Origin: Alphaproteobacteria bacterium | GTDB taxonomy: Bacteria > Pseudomonadota > Alphaproteobacteria > MPNO01 | Length of the DNA: 64,000 nt | Assembly (NCBI GenBank): GCA_964291675.2 | Contig: OZ219866.1 | Coordinates: 3,008,001-3,072,000, forward strand | Direction: 5' to 3' | Part shown: in pieces, positions 51,304 through 60,914 of the stretch | Numbering within the stretch: position 1 is the stretch's first letter | Layout of the letters: the number at the start of each line of letters is the position of its first letter | Made by a program: the position numbers and the translations under genes | The notes under the pieces: generated by a model | Databases searched by the model: none | The model's input: the letters and a program-made list of their open reading frames with translations, nothing else | Told to the model about the DNA's origin: nothing

Positions 51304-52353
51304 ATGTACGAGGACGACCTGACGACAGTGACAAGGGCAATTGAGCAGTCAAATGACTACAGAAAATGTCCAGTCTGGCCGATGGAAGAAGTACGCTGCT
51401 ATCCGTCTGCGGCCCGTGGCGAGCTCCGGATATACTTCAATTCGCCTCGGGCTGGGGGAATATTCTCCGTTCCTTCTTTCGACGCTAACGAGAATTTCCG
51501 TATTGATTGCGCGGAGGAGCAAAGAAGGAAGATTTCCCGTTGGGTTTACGACCAAAACAAACACGCGAGGATACCCCATCTAGATCCTGATGAGATAGAG
51601 AGCATTTCTCGGCAGCCCTTCCTGCCAGTTGAACAACGGCTGGACAGGTTTCTTCGTGCTCTTCGGGACAAACTTCCCGGGTATCCATCGGATCCAATTG
51701 AGTTGCCGTTCGATTCGGACATCATGAACACTATTCGAGCATCCACGGAAAGTGGTTCCGACTACTACGATCTTGACTGGTTAGCATCAGAAGCTGCAAA
51801 GGCGGGACTGGTAAGGGAGCCAAAGGACAAAGCCTACGCACTCACTCTCGAAGGAATGAAACGACTGGAGGGCCAAGGATACGGTCAGTTGTCCAATCAA
51901 GCGTTTGTTGCCATGTGGTTTGATGATGAGGTCAAAGCTGCATATGACGACGGAATCGAGCCAGCCGTAAAAGATGCTGGCTATAGAGCGGTTCGGATAG
52001 ATAGGAGGGATTTTCTCACAAAGATTGATGACGAGATAATTGCAGAAATTAGAAGGTCACGATTTGTTGTTTGTGACTTTACATGCCGTTTGATAAGAGA
52101 CAAGTCACAACACATAGATAACGCACGCGGCAGTGTCTACTACGAGGCTGGATTCGCCCATGGACTGAATATCCCCGTGATTTTCACTTGTCGCGATGAT
52201 CTGCTCAAGTATGTACATTTCGACGTAAATCACTATCCGACCATTACATGGAAGTTTCCGCAGGACATTCGTAAACCATTGCGAGACCGAATCACCGCTG
52301 TTATCGGAGATGGGCCTGCCTTTGAGGACGGATCAGCGCATACTGAGAGATAG
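51304..52353 (+). CDS. Protein with C-terminal nucleoside 2-deoxyribosyltransferase/TIR-like domain
   Basis: QAFVAMWF, KIDDEIIAEIRRSRFVVCDFT and SVYYEAGFAHGL; low GC. Confidence 0.75.
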   Translation: MYEDDLTTVTRAIEQSNDYRKCPVWPMEEVRCYPSAARGELRIYFNSPRAGGIFSVPSFDANENFRIDCAEEQRRKISRWVYDQNKHARIPHLDPDEIESISRQPFLPVEQRLDRFLRALRDKLPGYPSDPIELPFDSDIMNTIRASTESGSDYYDLDWLASEAAKAGLVREPKDKAYALTLEGMKRLEGQGYGQLSNQAFVAMWFDDEVKAAYDDGIEPAVKDAGYRAVRIDRRDFLTKIDDEIIAEIRRSRFVVCDFTCRLIRDKSQHIDNARGSVYYEAGFAHGLNIPVIFTCRDDLLKYVHFDVNHYPTITWKFPQDIRKPLRDRITAVIGDGPAFEDGSAHTER

Positions 52354-52874
52354 AATTCGCCAATGCCGTCAGCCACCCGCCCTCTAGATCGGTCGGCTGC
52401 TGGTGCTCATGCGGCATGCGGAGACCGTCGCCGGGGCGGTCGAGATGACCCTGTACCTGCCGACCCTGCCGTCGTGGTTGTTCGCCGCTTCACCGCCCAT
52501 GCGTCCAAATCCAGCCTGCGATAGGCCACACGGTTGCCGAGGCGGTAGAAGGCAGGGCCGTCACCACTCACGCGGTAGCCGCCCAGCGTGCGATGCGAGA
52601 GTCCAAGGCGATTCGAGCAAGAACGACCAATCCCCAGGCCGAAAGGCGGACCAAATCCTCCTCCAACTTACGGACGCGCGGGCTACCCTTGGCGCAGGAC
52701 AACAGACCGCTGACCTGTGGAGTAGAGTGCAAAGACCCTGGCAACGCCGTACATTTCGCATCCACCGGCGGTATCGTCTATTGCACCTACAGAGGCCATT
52801 CTCCAACGTCGGCAGAACCATCTCTACACCGCTTGGCAAGCGCACCGAACAGTGTTTACTGGAGACATCAGGAC

Positions 52875-53723
52875 ATGGCAGACAGACCATTCGACGCCGT
52901 GCCGGAAGGCGTGGAATTCCTCCGCTTTTCAGAACGCAACCATAGAAACTGCGCTGTTGAGACTATGCGCAACGTCGCAGTACTTCCAAGTTCGGTGCGG
53001 AAAACACTCGACGACGTCGGCACTTTGCTTTCGCTCCTTGACCAAATGGCTTCATGCCTCTGGGGGTGTCGTGGGGGAAGCCACGCGATAGAGCATCTGG
53101 TCGGTCGCTCCGTGAGTTCCGCCCTCGCTTCATTTCGTCTAATCGAAATGGGACACTATGACGAGGCATGGGCGATAACACGCAATGTCGCGGAAGTCGG
53201 TAACCTTATGTGGCTATTCTTCGTCGATCCGGACGAGCTTCATTCCTGGCTACGATTGTCCGCACGAGAGCGTCGCTCCAAATTCCGCCCGGTCGTAGTT
53301 CGAGAAAGGATCGAAGCGGCCAACAGCGTTGTGCCACATGACCGCGACTCGTACTCGCTCATGAGTGAAGTTGGAGTTCACCCGAGTCCAGAAAACACAC
53401 CTCATGCAAGGCACAACGCATACGGTATTCCCACACTCGGCGGATACTATCAGGAACGCGGCTTTGTCGAGTCCCTCGCTCAGCTCGCATGGGCGATTGC
53501 TTCCGTAGGCGGTCCAGCCGCAAGAATGGCGAATATTGACGACAAGTATGAAACGAGGATTGTCGATCTTGCAACCAACCTTGTGCGGGAATTGCCGAAT
53601 TTGCCGGGAAGTGATGAAACAACCGACACATCAGAGGCTCTTCTCGCGAGGAGTAACTTCATCGATAGCCGATTTCGGAAAGTGCACAGCGCTGCGCGTA
53701 AGCCGGATGACGCAACAAAGTAG
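52875..53723 (+). CDS. Hypothetical helical protein (DUF5677/HEPN-like)
   Basis: AWAITRNVAE and YSLMSEVGVHP motifs; AGGA RBS before ATG 52875. Confidence 0.5.
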   Translation: MADRPFDAVPEGVEFLRFSERNHRNCAVETMRNVAVLPSSVRKTLDDVGTLLSLLDQMASCLWGCRGGSHAIEHLVGRSVSSALASFRLIEMGHYDEAWAITRNVAEVGNLMWLFFVDPDELHSWLRLSARERRSKFRPVVVRERIEAANSVVPHDRDSYSLMSEVGVHPSPENTPHARHNAYGIPTLGGYYQERGFVESLAQLAWAIASVGGPAARMANIDDKYETRIVDLATNLVRELPNLPGSDETTDTSEALLARSNFIDSRFRKVHSAARKPDDATK

Positions 53724-54009
53724 CAATGCGAGAACTTGCTTTCCCATTCCCATGGTGATGTTCGGGGCGGGTGGAAGAAGCCGGCGTAGGCGCCCCCGGG
53801 GATAGCGCGGCCCCTCCCGCGTCGGCTCAGTCAATACAGCACCGTCGCATGTTGGGCACGCGTACGTAAGGCACCATATCTCGGATCACCGCCCGTTATG
53901 GATAGAGGTGCGCACCGGCGGGCAGTAGGGGCTGCTCAATCACACCGCGCGCGAATCCTCGTTCACTGGTGAGCGGGACGGCAAGCTGTCTCCGCGCTTG
54001 CTTCCGCGC

Positions 54010-54231
54010 TCACGTTTTGCCGAGCCTGTCCGCCTCCGCCGTCGTGGTCGCCCGGCGCCGAGTCGCCCACGCGTCCAGATCCGGCCGGCGATACCGCACC
54101 CGGTTGCCGAAGCGGTGGAAGGCCGGCCCGTCGCCGCTCACGCGGTAGCCATCCAGCGTGCGGGGCGAGAGGCCGAGCCAGGCCGCCGCGCGCCGGGTGT
54201 CGAAGAAGCCGCCCGTGTCGTCGTCGTTCAT
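54010..54231 (-). CDS. Excisionase/AlpA-like HTH protein
   Basis: DTRRAAAWLGLSPRTLDGYRVSGDGPAFHRFGNRVRYRRPDLDAW. Confidence 0.8.
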   Translation of the reverse strand: MNDDDTGGFFDTRRAAAWLGLSPRTLDGYRVSGDGPAFHRFGNRVRYRRPDLDAWATRRRATTTAEADRLGKT

Positions 54232-54697
54232 GGTGCCCCCCGTTCGATTGCCGGATGTTCCGGACCCGCTGCGCCGCCGGCCCGGTGCCGGCCGCCTGCG
54301 GCCATGCCAGGAGATGCCGCTCCTGCCGGCCGCAACGCGCGCCAGCGCAGCGAAGGTAGGCGGAGCCGCCGGGGTTTTCAAAGCGCGCGGTTAGGGGCCT
54401 TCCGGCAAGGTCACGCCGTGTGGATCAGTGCGCGCGCTCACGCGCGACGGCGCCGACTCCGGCCGCCGGAACGTCCTCGTCAGCGTGCCCGGCACCCTTC
54501 GGCCGCATCCGGGAAGGCCCGGCCCAGGATCAGGGCGCCGGCAAACGGCAAGCTTTGGGGCATCCTACATCCAGGGGGCATGCGCGTTCGCTGCGGCGGG
54601 CGGTTTCGGAGTCCGATCGCTCTCTGGATGCTTACGGGGCTCGATTCGTTTCGGAGGGAATGTCGAAAAAGGTTCAGTATTACGGTAGGTTACGGAG

Positions 54698-54742
54698 CTA
54701 TTGAGAGTTTTCTACAACGTGCGTGTCCAGCAAGTACCGCAC
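54698..54742 (-). pseudogene. vapC: Original 5' end of vapC left behind at the island junction
   Basis: GTG 3 nt after the antitoxin stop; reads MRYLLDTHVVENSQ*. Confidence 0.8.
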
Positions 54743-54745
54743 GGC

Positions 54746-55027
54746 TCACAGCGACACGTCGCGGCCCGGGCTCCTGTCCCGCACGTCCCCGAACAGCTCG
54801 TCCGGGTCGAGATCGAGTTCGGCGAGGTCGGTCGTCTCCAGGAATTCCCGATACGCCGCCGCGAAGCCGCGCCGCTTCCCGGCAAGCCGCTTGAACTGCC
54901 GGTGGCCGACCAGCACGGCGACCGGTTCTCCGCGCCGCGTGAGCTCCACCGTCTTGCCGTTCTCCGCCTCCCGGATCAGTCGCGGCAGGTTGCGGCGCGC
55001 ATCGGCGATGGAATGCTTCTCGGTCAT
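54746..55027 (-). CDS. Phd/YefM-family antitoxin
   Basis: SIADARRNLPRLIREAENGKTVELTRRGEPVAVLV; upstream GTACA...TGTAC operator-like palindromes (about 55039-55057). Confidence 0.88.
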   Translation of the reverse strand: MTEKHSIADARRNLPRLIREAENGKTVELTRRGEPVAVLVGHRQFKRLAGKRRGFAAAYREFLETTDLAELDLDPDELFGDVRDRSPGRDVSL

Positions 55028-55086
55028 GTTGCATCCCTCATGTACATGTGGATGTACGTTATGTCGGCGACGAAGGCCGCGCAACC

Positions 55087-57429
55087 TCAATCCGACCCCG
55101 CCGCCGCCGCGATCGCCGCCAGCACCCGCCTCGGCGTGAGCGGGGTCTCGTTGAACTGCGCGCCGGAGGCGGCGAAGGCGTCGGCGAGCGCGTTGGCGAT
55201 GGCCGCCGGCGGGGCGATGGCGCCGCCTTCTCCCATCCCCTTCATGCCGAACTTGGTGGAGGTCGCGGGCGTCGCCATGTGGCCGATGGCGAAAGACGGG
55301 ATCTCGGCCGCGCCGGGCAGCAGGTAGTCGGCGAAGGTGGTGGCGAGCGGCTGGCCGTCGCCGTCGAACGCCACCTCCTCGTAGAGCGCGGTGCCGATGC
55401 CCTGGGCGGTGCCGCCGGCGATCTGCCCGTCGACGATCATCGGGTTGACCACGGTGCCGCAATCCTCGACGACCGCGTAGTCGAGGATCTCGACCGCGCC
55501 GGTCGCCGGGTCGACCGCGACCGCGGCGGCGTGGGTGGAATAGGAGAAGACGCCGGAGGATTCGGTGGGCTCCCAGGTCTCCGTCACGTCGAGCACCGGG
55601 TCCATGCCGTCCGGCAGCTGCTCCTGGCGCAGATGGGCGATGCGGCCGATCTCGGCGAACGAGACCGAGCCCGAGGGTCCCGCCGCCTCGCCGTCGGCGA
55701 AGCGGATCGCGGCGGCGTCGCATTGCAGGAGGTGGGCGGCGATCCCGGCCATCCTGGCCCGGAGCGCGATACAGGCGTTGGATACCGCGCCGCCGCCCAT
55801 GACGATCGAGCGCGAGGCGAAGGTGCCCATGCCGAAGGGCGAGATTGCGGTGTCGCCGAAGCGGACCGAGACGTCGTCCGGGTGGATGCCGAGCTCCTCG
55901 CAGGCGATCTGCGCGAGCGTGGTCTCCATGCCCTGGCCGTGGCTGTGGATCGCCACCAGCAAATGCAGCGTGCCGTCGGCATGCATGCGCGCGGTGGCGG
56001 TCTCGTAGCCCGCGACGATCGGGGTGCGGCGGCGCACCCACTCCTCGGCGCCGTGCGCCGACTGCTCGGTGAAGCTGCCGAGCCCGACGCCCAGCAGGCG
56101 CCCGTCCGGCAGCCTGGCCGCCTGGCGCGCCCTGATCCCGTCATAGCCGACCAGCGCCGCCGCCCGGCGCACCGCCTCCGGATAGTCGCCGTTGTCGAAC
56201 TTCATGTCGCAGACCGTGCGGTAGGGCATCTCGTCGGGCCCGACCATGTTGTCGATGCGCACGTCGCGCGGGTCGCGCCCGACTTCGCGCGCGACCTCGT
56301 CGATGCTGCGCTCGATGGCGAAGCAGGCGCCCGGCCGCGCCACCCCGCGATAGACGCCGAGCGGCGGCTTGTTGGTGGCGACCGTCCAGGTCTCGGCGCG
56401 GAAGTGCTCGATCCGGTAGGGGCCCGGCAGGTTGCGCGCCGCCATGCCGGTCTCCATGAACGGGCCGGTATGCCAGAGCGCGTAGGCGCCGCCGTCGATG
56501 GTGATCTCGGCGTCGATCCCGGCGACGATGCCGCGTTCGTCGGCATAGGCGGTCACCCGGTAGACATGCTCGCGCGCCTGGCAGGCGGCGCTCAGATGTT
56601 CGGCCAGATCCTCCACCCAGCGCACCGGCCGGCCGGTCTCCAGCGCGATGGCGCAGACCGCGAGGTCCTCCGGCATCATCCGCGCCTTGCCGCCGAACCC
56701 GCCGCCGACATCGGGCGAGACGACCCGCACCTGGCGCATCTGGAGGCCCAGCATCTCGGCCAGCCCGACCCGCATGATGTGCGGGATCTGCGAGGTCAGG
56801 TGGACCACCAGCTCGTCTTCGCGCTCGTCCCACCGGGCGAGCACCGCGCGCCCCTCCAGCGGCATCGTCGATTGCCGGTTCATGCGGTAGTTGCGGGTCA
56901 CGCTGACCGGCGCGTCGCGCACCGAATCGATGTCCCCGCCGGCGATGGGCAGCGCGACATAGACGTTGTCGCCCCATTCCTCGTGCAGCAAAGCCGGCGG
57001 GTCGCCGCGCGCCGCGAGGGGCTCGACGATCGCCGGGAGAGGGTCGAGGTCGGCGATTGTCGCGGCCGCGATGTCCTCGGCTTCGGCCCGGGTGGCCGCT
57101 CCGCAGGCGGCGATCGGCTCGCCCGCGTAGCGCGCCTTGCCGCGCGCCAGCGGCCAGTGGTCGGCCGGCTTGAAGCCCGGGATGTCGGGCACCACCCGGA
57201 CCGGGCGCAAGGCGGGAAGGTCGTCGGCGAGCCAGACCGTGCCGCTCGCGGGCTTCGCCACGTCGCGGATCCGCGCGTGCCCCAGCGGGCTGCGCAGAAA
57301 CGCGACCTCCAGCGTGCCGGGTATCGCGATGTCCGCCACATAGCGCCCGCGCCCGCGCAGGAACCGCGCATCCTCCTTGCGCGGCACGCTGGCGCCGACG
57401 CCCAGCCCGGCGGTGGTTCGCTTGGGCAT
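55087..57429 (-). CDS. Xanthine dehydrogenase-family molybdopterin-binding subunit
   Basis: VGGGFGGK, HGQGMET and GMKGMGEGG. Confidence 0.9.
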   Translation of the reverse strand: MPKRTTAGLGVGASVPRKEDARFLRGRGRYVADIAIPGTLEVAFLRSPLGHARIRDVAKPASGTVWLADDLPALRPVRVVPDIPGFKPADHWPLARGKARYAGEPIAACGAATRAEAEDIAAATIADLDPLPAIVEPLAARGDPPALLHEEWGDNVYVALPIAGGDIDSVRDAPVSVTRNYRMNRQSTMPLEGRAVLARWDEREDELVVHLTSQIPHIMRVGLAEMLGLQMRQVRVVSPDVGGGFGGKARMMPEDLAVCAIALETGRPVRWVEDLAEHLSAACQAREHVYRVTAYADERGIVAGIDAEITIDGGAYALWHTGPFMETGMAARNLPGPYRIEHFRAETWTVATNKPPLGVYRGVARPGACFAIERSIDEVAREVGRDPRDVRIDNMVGPDEMPYRTVCDMKFDNGDYPEAVRRAAALVGYDGIRARQAARLPDGRLLGVGLGSFTEQSAHGAEEWVRRRTPIVAGYETATARMHADGTLHLLVAIHSHGQGMETTLAQIACEELGIHPDDVSVRFGDTAISPFGMGTFASRSIVMGGGAVSNACIALRARMAGIAAHLLQCDAAAIRFADGEAAGPSGSVSFAEIGRIAHLRQEQLPDGMDPVLDVTETWEPTESSGVFSYSTHAAAVAVDPATGAVEILDYAVVEDCGTVVNPMIVDGQIAGGTAQGIGTALYEEVAFDGDGQPLATTFADYLLPGAAEIPSFAIGHMATPATSTKFGMKGMGEGGAIAPPAAIANALADAFAASGAQFNETPLTPRRVLAAIAAAAGSD

Positions 57430-57453
57430 GCCGTCACTCCCCCGCTGCGCCGC

Positions 57454-57885
57454 TCAAGCCGACCCCGCCCGGAGCCAATCGAAAGGATTCAGCACGGAAG
57501 CGCCCAGACCGTCGACACCGGATATATCGCGCGTCACGAGCGTCAGGTCGAACCGTCGGGCCGTCGCGGCCAGCAAGCCGTCCACCTCCGGGATCGGCCG
57601 GACGGCGCTCATTATGCCCCATATGTCAGCCACGAGGGCATCGACCGGCAGGATGCGGTCACCGAACGCCCGCTCGACCTCCCACAACCAGCGCTCCAGC
57701 GCGGCTGCCTGCCGGCCATCGCGCGGCCTGACGAGCTCGATGCCCTTTCGGAGCTCGCCCGTTACCAGAACGCTCAGAAAGACATCCGAATGTTCGATTC
57801 CGGCATACCATGCAGCGACCCGGGCGTCGCAGCGGTCGCCCTTGCGCAGCTCCGAGATGACATTCGTGTCGATGAGGTATGTCAG
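57454..57885 (-). CDS. vapC: VapC PIN-domain toxin (second copy, apparent CTG start)
   Basis: (L)TYLIDTNVISELRK...DGLLAATA...LVTRD; the ORF track shows only the C-terminal half. Confidence 0.82.
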   Translation of the reverse strand: MTYLIDTNVISELRKGDRCDARVAAWYAGIEHSDVFLSVLVTGELRKGIELVRPRDGRQAAALERWLWEVERAFGDRILPVDALVADIWGIMSAVRPIPEVDGLLAATARRFDLTLVTRDISGVDGLGASVLNPFDWLRAGSA

Positions 57886-58496
57886 AAGTCGACCTCACGA
57901 CCCGGGTTGCGCGACCGCTCGATGTCGATCCCCTCAAGCGGTGCGGCGGCGAGCAAATCCTTCAGACCACGCGTGGGGGCCTCACCGTCGGGAAAATCCA
58001 GAATCAGGTCGCCATCGGCGCCGCCGAATTGGAGGCCCGCGACCTCACACGCCATCCGCAATCGCTGCTCGCATTGCGGCCGATTCAGGTTGGTGTCCAC
58101 CCACCACCGGCCGGTCAGGCGCACCGCATGTTTCTCGGCCAGCTCGGGTTTCTTCAGGTACAGATCGGTCGGCTTCCTCGCAACGACCCTGCGAGACCTC
58201 GTGGTCAGGAGCGACAGCCGTTCGAAGAACTGTGGATCGAGTTCTCCAAGCTTACGGAGACAGGTCATGTACGCCAGCTTGAGACTACCCGCTTCAACCC
58301 TGTCGCCGAGCAGCAGGAACGCGTAAGTCCCGGTTCGACGGGGCCTGGGGTCCGAGGGCGGGATCGCCGCCGAGGCGGGAGGGAGATCGAGTATGTCGCG
58401 AAGGATCGCGTTGGGGCTCTGATCGAAGCTCGTTCGCCGGTGCTCGATGGCGCGATGCACGTCGAGATCGATCGCGATCTTCGTTGTCTGCACCAT
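57882..58496 (-). CDS. Atypical long antitoxin candidate
   Basis: C-terminal GLKDLLAAAPLEGIDIERSRNPGREVDF resembles VapB tails; large unrelated N-terminal domain; overlaps vapC. Confidence 0.55.
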   Translation of the reverse strand: MVQTTKIAIDLDVHRAIEHRRTSFDQSPNAILRDILDLPPASAAIPPSDPRPRRTGTYAFLLLGDRVEAGSLKLAYMTCLRKLGELDPQFFERLSLLTTRSRRVVARKPTDLYLKKPELAEKHAVRLTGRWWVDTNLNRPQCEQRLRMACEVAGLQFGGADGDLILDFPDGEAPTRGLKDLLAAAPLEGIDIERSRNPGREVDF

Positions 58497-58595
58497 GATT
58501 TTCGCTCCGATTGTTATAGGTCAGTGAAGCCTTATTCCTTATAAGGTAAGGAATGCCATTTGTCGATATCGTTTGGCGGGCACGGCCGGCGCCCC

Positions 58596-60914
58596 CTAAA
58601 CCTTCCGCGCCGCCCGCAAGATCGCCCTCAACCGTTCCGGGGTCACAGGGAGGCGGTCGATGGCGCCGGGGATGCCGATGGCGGCGTCGATGGCCGACGC
58701 GATGGCGGCGCCGACCGGGTTGATGCCGCCTTCGCCGGCGCCCTTGACGCCGAGGCCGTTATAGGGGCTCGGCGCGTCCTCGCAGACCAGAAGGTCGATG
58801 GGCGGGGTCTCGGCCAGCGTCGGCATCAGATAGTCGGCGAAGGTGACCGAGAGCGGCGCGCCGGTCGCGTCGTAGCGGAACTCTTCCAGCAGCGCCCCGC
58901 CGAGCCCCTGGACGCAGCCGCCCATGAGCTGGCCGTCGACCAGCATCGGGTTGACCGCGCGGCCGACATCGTAGGCGATCGAATAGCGCTCCACCGCGAC
59001 GCCGCCGGTCCCCGCGTCGACGCACGCTTGCGCGATGTGGACGCCGTAGGGATAGGCCATCAGGTCGCTGCGGTGCCAGCCCTCGGCCGAGAGGCCGGGC
59101 GCGCGCCCGGCGAGGATCGGCGAGCCGGGCGCCAGCCGGCGGGCGATCTCGCCGAGGCCGATCTCGGCGCCGCTCTCCGTATCCGTCCGCGCCACCCGCC
59201 CGTCGGCGACCTCCAGCGCGTCCGCCGGCGCCTGCAACAGCTCCGCCGCCGCCTCGATCGCTCTCGCGCGCAGGTTCTCGCTGGCGATCCGGACCGCCTC
59301 GCCGGTCATCACCGTCGCCCGCGAGGAGTGCGCGCCAAAGCCGTAATCGATCAGATCGGTGCGGCCGTGCACGACCCGCACCCGGCGGTAGTCGACCCCG
59401 AGCGTGTCTGCGCAGATCTGCGCCATCGCGGTCGCGAAACCCTGGCCGAGCGCGGCGCCGCCGGTGAGCAGCTCGACCGCGCCGGTCGCGTCCACCCGGA
59501 TGCGGACCCCGTCGGCCGGGCCCGGCCCGCTCTTCTCGACGAACAGCGCGAGCCCGGCGCCGGCCAGCTCGCCGGCTTCCCGGCGCCGCTCCATCTCGGC
59601 CTGGATCCCGTCCCAGCCGGCGCGGGCGAGCGCCTTGTCCAGCAGCTTCGCGTAGTCGCCCGAATCGTAGACCACCTCGTGGTCGATGGTGTCGATCCCG
59701 CCGGCGAACGGCATCTGCTCCCGCCCGATCAGGTTGCGCCGCCTGATCTCGACCGGGTCGGCGCCGAGCCTTGCGGCGACGGCGTCGAACAGGCGCTCGC
59801 GGGCGAAGGTCGCCTCGAAGCGGCCGGGCGAGCGGTAGGTCGCGGCCGGCGTCTTGTTGGTCAGGCGGACATGGCCGCGGGCGCGAAAGGCGGGGACCCG
59901 GTAGGGGCCCGGCATCATGCCGGCGGTCATGTCGGGGACGCGCACGCCGTGGGTGCGGATATAGGCGCCCTGGTCGTGGAAGAAAATGCTGTCGATGGCG
60001 CGCACGGTGCCGTCCGCGTCCACCGCCGCGCGGACCCGGTGGCGCTGCTCGCGCGAATGATTGGCCGCCTGCAAATGCTCCCAGCGGTCCTCGATCCACT
60101 TGACCGGCCGTGCGAGGCGGAGCGCGGCGGCGCAGACCAGGTACTCGTCCGGGTAGAGCTCGCCGCGCACCCCGAACCCGCCGCCGATCTGGCCCTCGTA
60201 GAGCTGGACCGAGGCGGGCGCCCGCCCGAGCGCGGCGGCCAGCTGGTCGCGGTTGAAATGCGGCCGCTTGGTGGCGCCGTGGAGCTCGAGCATGTCGCGC
60301 CCGGCGTCGTAGACCGCGACCGCGCCGCGGGTCTCCATCGGCACCGCGGAATGCCGCCCCACCGAGACCTCGATCTCGACCACCGCATGCGCGCCGTCGA
60401 ACGCCGCGGCGATGTCGCCGCGCGACTTCTCCAGCACATGCGCCTCGGTCGAATGCGCCGCGTCGAACCGGCCCGGCTCGTCCTCGGCCGCCAGGATCGG
60501 CGGCAGGTCGCGATACCTCGCTTCGACCAGCTCCGCCGCGTCCTCGGCGCGATAGGGGCTGTCGGCGAACACGGCTGCGACGGGCTCGCCGACATAGCGC
60601 ACCCTGCCGCGCGCGAGGACCGGCTGGCGGTAGGGCTCGAGCCCCTTCACCCTTGTGGCGCGAAACGCGATCGGGCCGATATCGGCGACGTCCTCGGCGG
60701 TCCACACGGCGGCGACGCCGGGCGCCGCGCGGGCGCTCTCCACATCGAGCGCGAGGATTTCCGCATGCGCCCGGTCCGAGCGCAGGACGCGCATGTGGAG
60801 CTGGTTGGGAAACGAGATGTCGGCGGCGAAGCGGCCGGCGCCGCGCACCAGCGGCGGGTCCTCGATGCGCGCGACCCGCTTGCCGATCCAGGTCTCGCGC
60901 CGGGGCGGCGTCAT
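58596..60914 (-). CDS. Xanthine dehydrogenase-family molybdopterin-binding subunit
   Basis: IGGGFGVRG, LGQGFAT and GVKGAGEGG. Confidence 0.9.
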   Translation of the reverse strand: MTPPRRETWIGKRVARIEDPPLVRGAGRFAADISFPNQLHMRVLRSDRAHAEILALDVESARAAPGVAAVWTAEDVADIGPIAFRATRVKGLEPYRQPVLARGRVRYVGEPVAAVFADSPYRAEDAAELVEARYRDLPPILAAEDEPGRFDAAHSTEAHVLEKSRGDIAAAFDGAHAVVEIEVSVGRHSAVPMETRGAVAVYDAGRDMLELHGATKRPHFNRDQLAAALGRAPASVQLYEGQIGGGFGVRGELYPDEYLVCAAALRLARPVKWIEDRWEHLQAANHSREQRHRVRAAVDADGTVRAIDSIFFHDQGAYIRTHGVRVPDMTAGMMPGPYRVPAFRARGHVRLTNKTPAATYRSPGRFEATFARERLFDAVAARLGADPVEIRRRNLIGREQMPFAGGIDTIDHEVVYDSGDYAKLLDKALARAGWDGIQAEMERRREAGELAGAGLALFVEKSGPGPADGVRIRVDATGAVELLTGGAALGQGFATAMAQICADTLGVDYRRVRVVHGRTDLIDYGFGAHSSRATVMTGEAVRIASENLRARAIEAAAELLQAPADALEVADGRVARTDTESGAEIGLGEIARRLAPGSPILAGRAPGLSAEGWHRSDLMAYPYGVHIAQACVDAGTGGVAVERYSIAYDVGRAVNPMLVDGQLMGGCVQGLGGALLEEFRYDATGAPLSVTFADYLMPTLAETPPIDLLVCEDAPSPYNGLGVKGAGEGGINPVGAAIASAIDAAIGIPGAIDRLPVTPERLRAILRAARKV

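Larger units (their letters stand above)
32857..54729. mobile_element. Decayed ICE-like defence island integrated in vapC
   Basis: Flanking direct repeats 32848-32872 and 54713-54737 (21/25 identical, core CGTGTCCA); integrase remnant at the left end, Xis-like gene at the right end, tra remnants and lower-GC defence cargo inside. Confidence 0.8.

Noticed and set aside
55048-58326. Very long antisense/alternate-frame ORFs (e.g. 55048-58326+, 6542-9088+, 19057-21231-, 58560-60974+)
   Set aside because: Arg/Gly/Pro-rich shadows of real genes in high-GC DNA, with no motifs.
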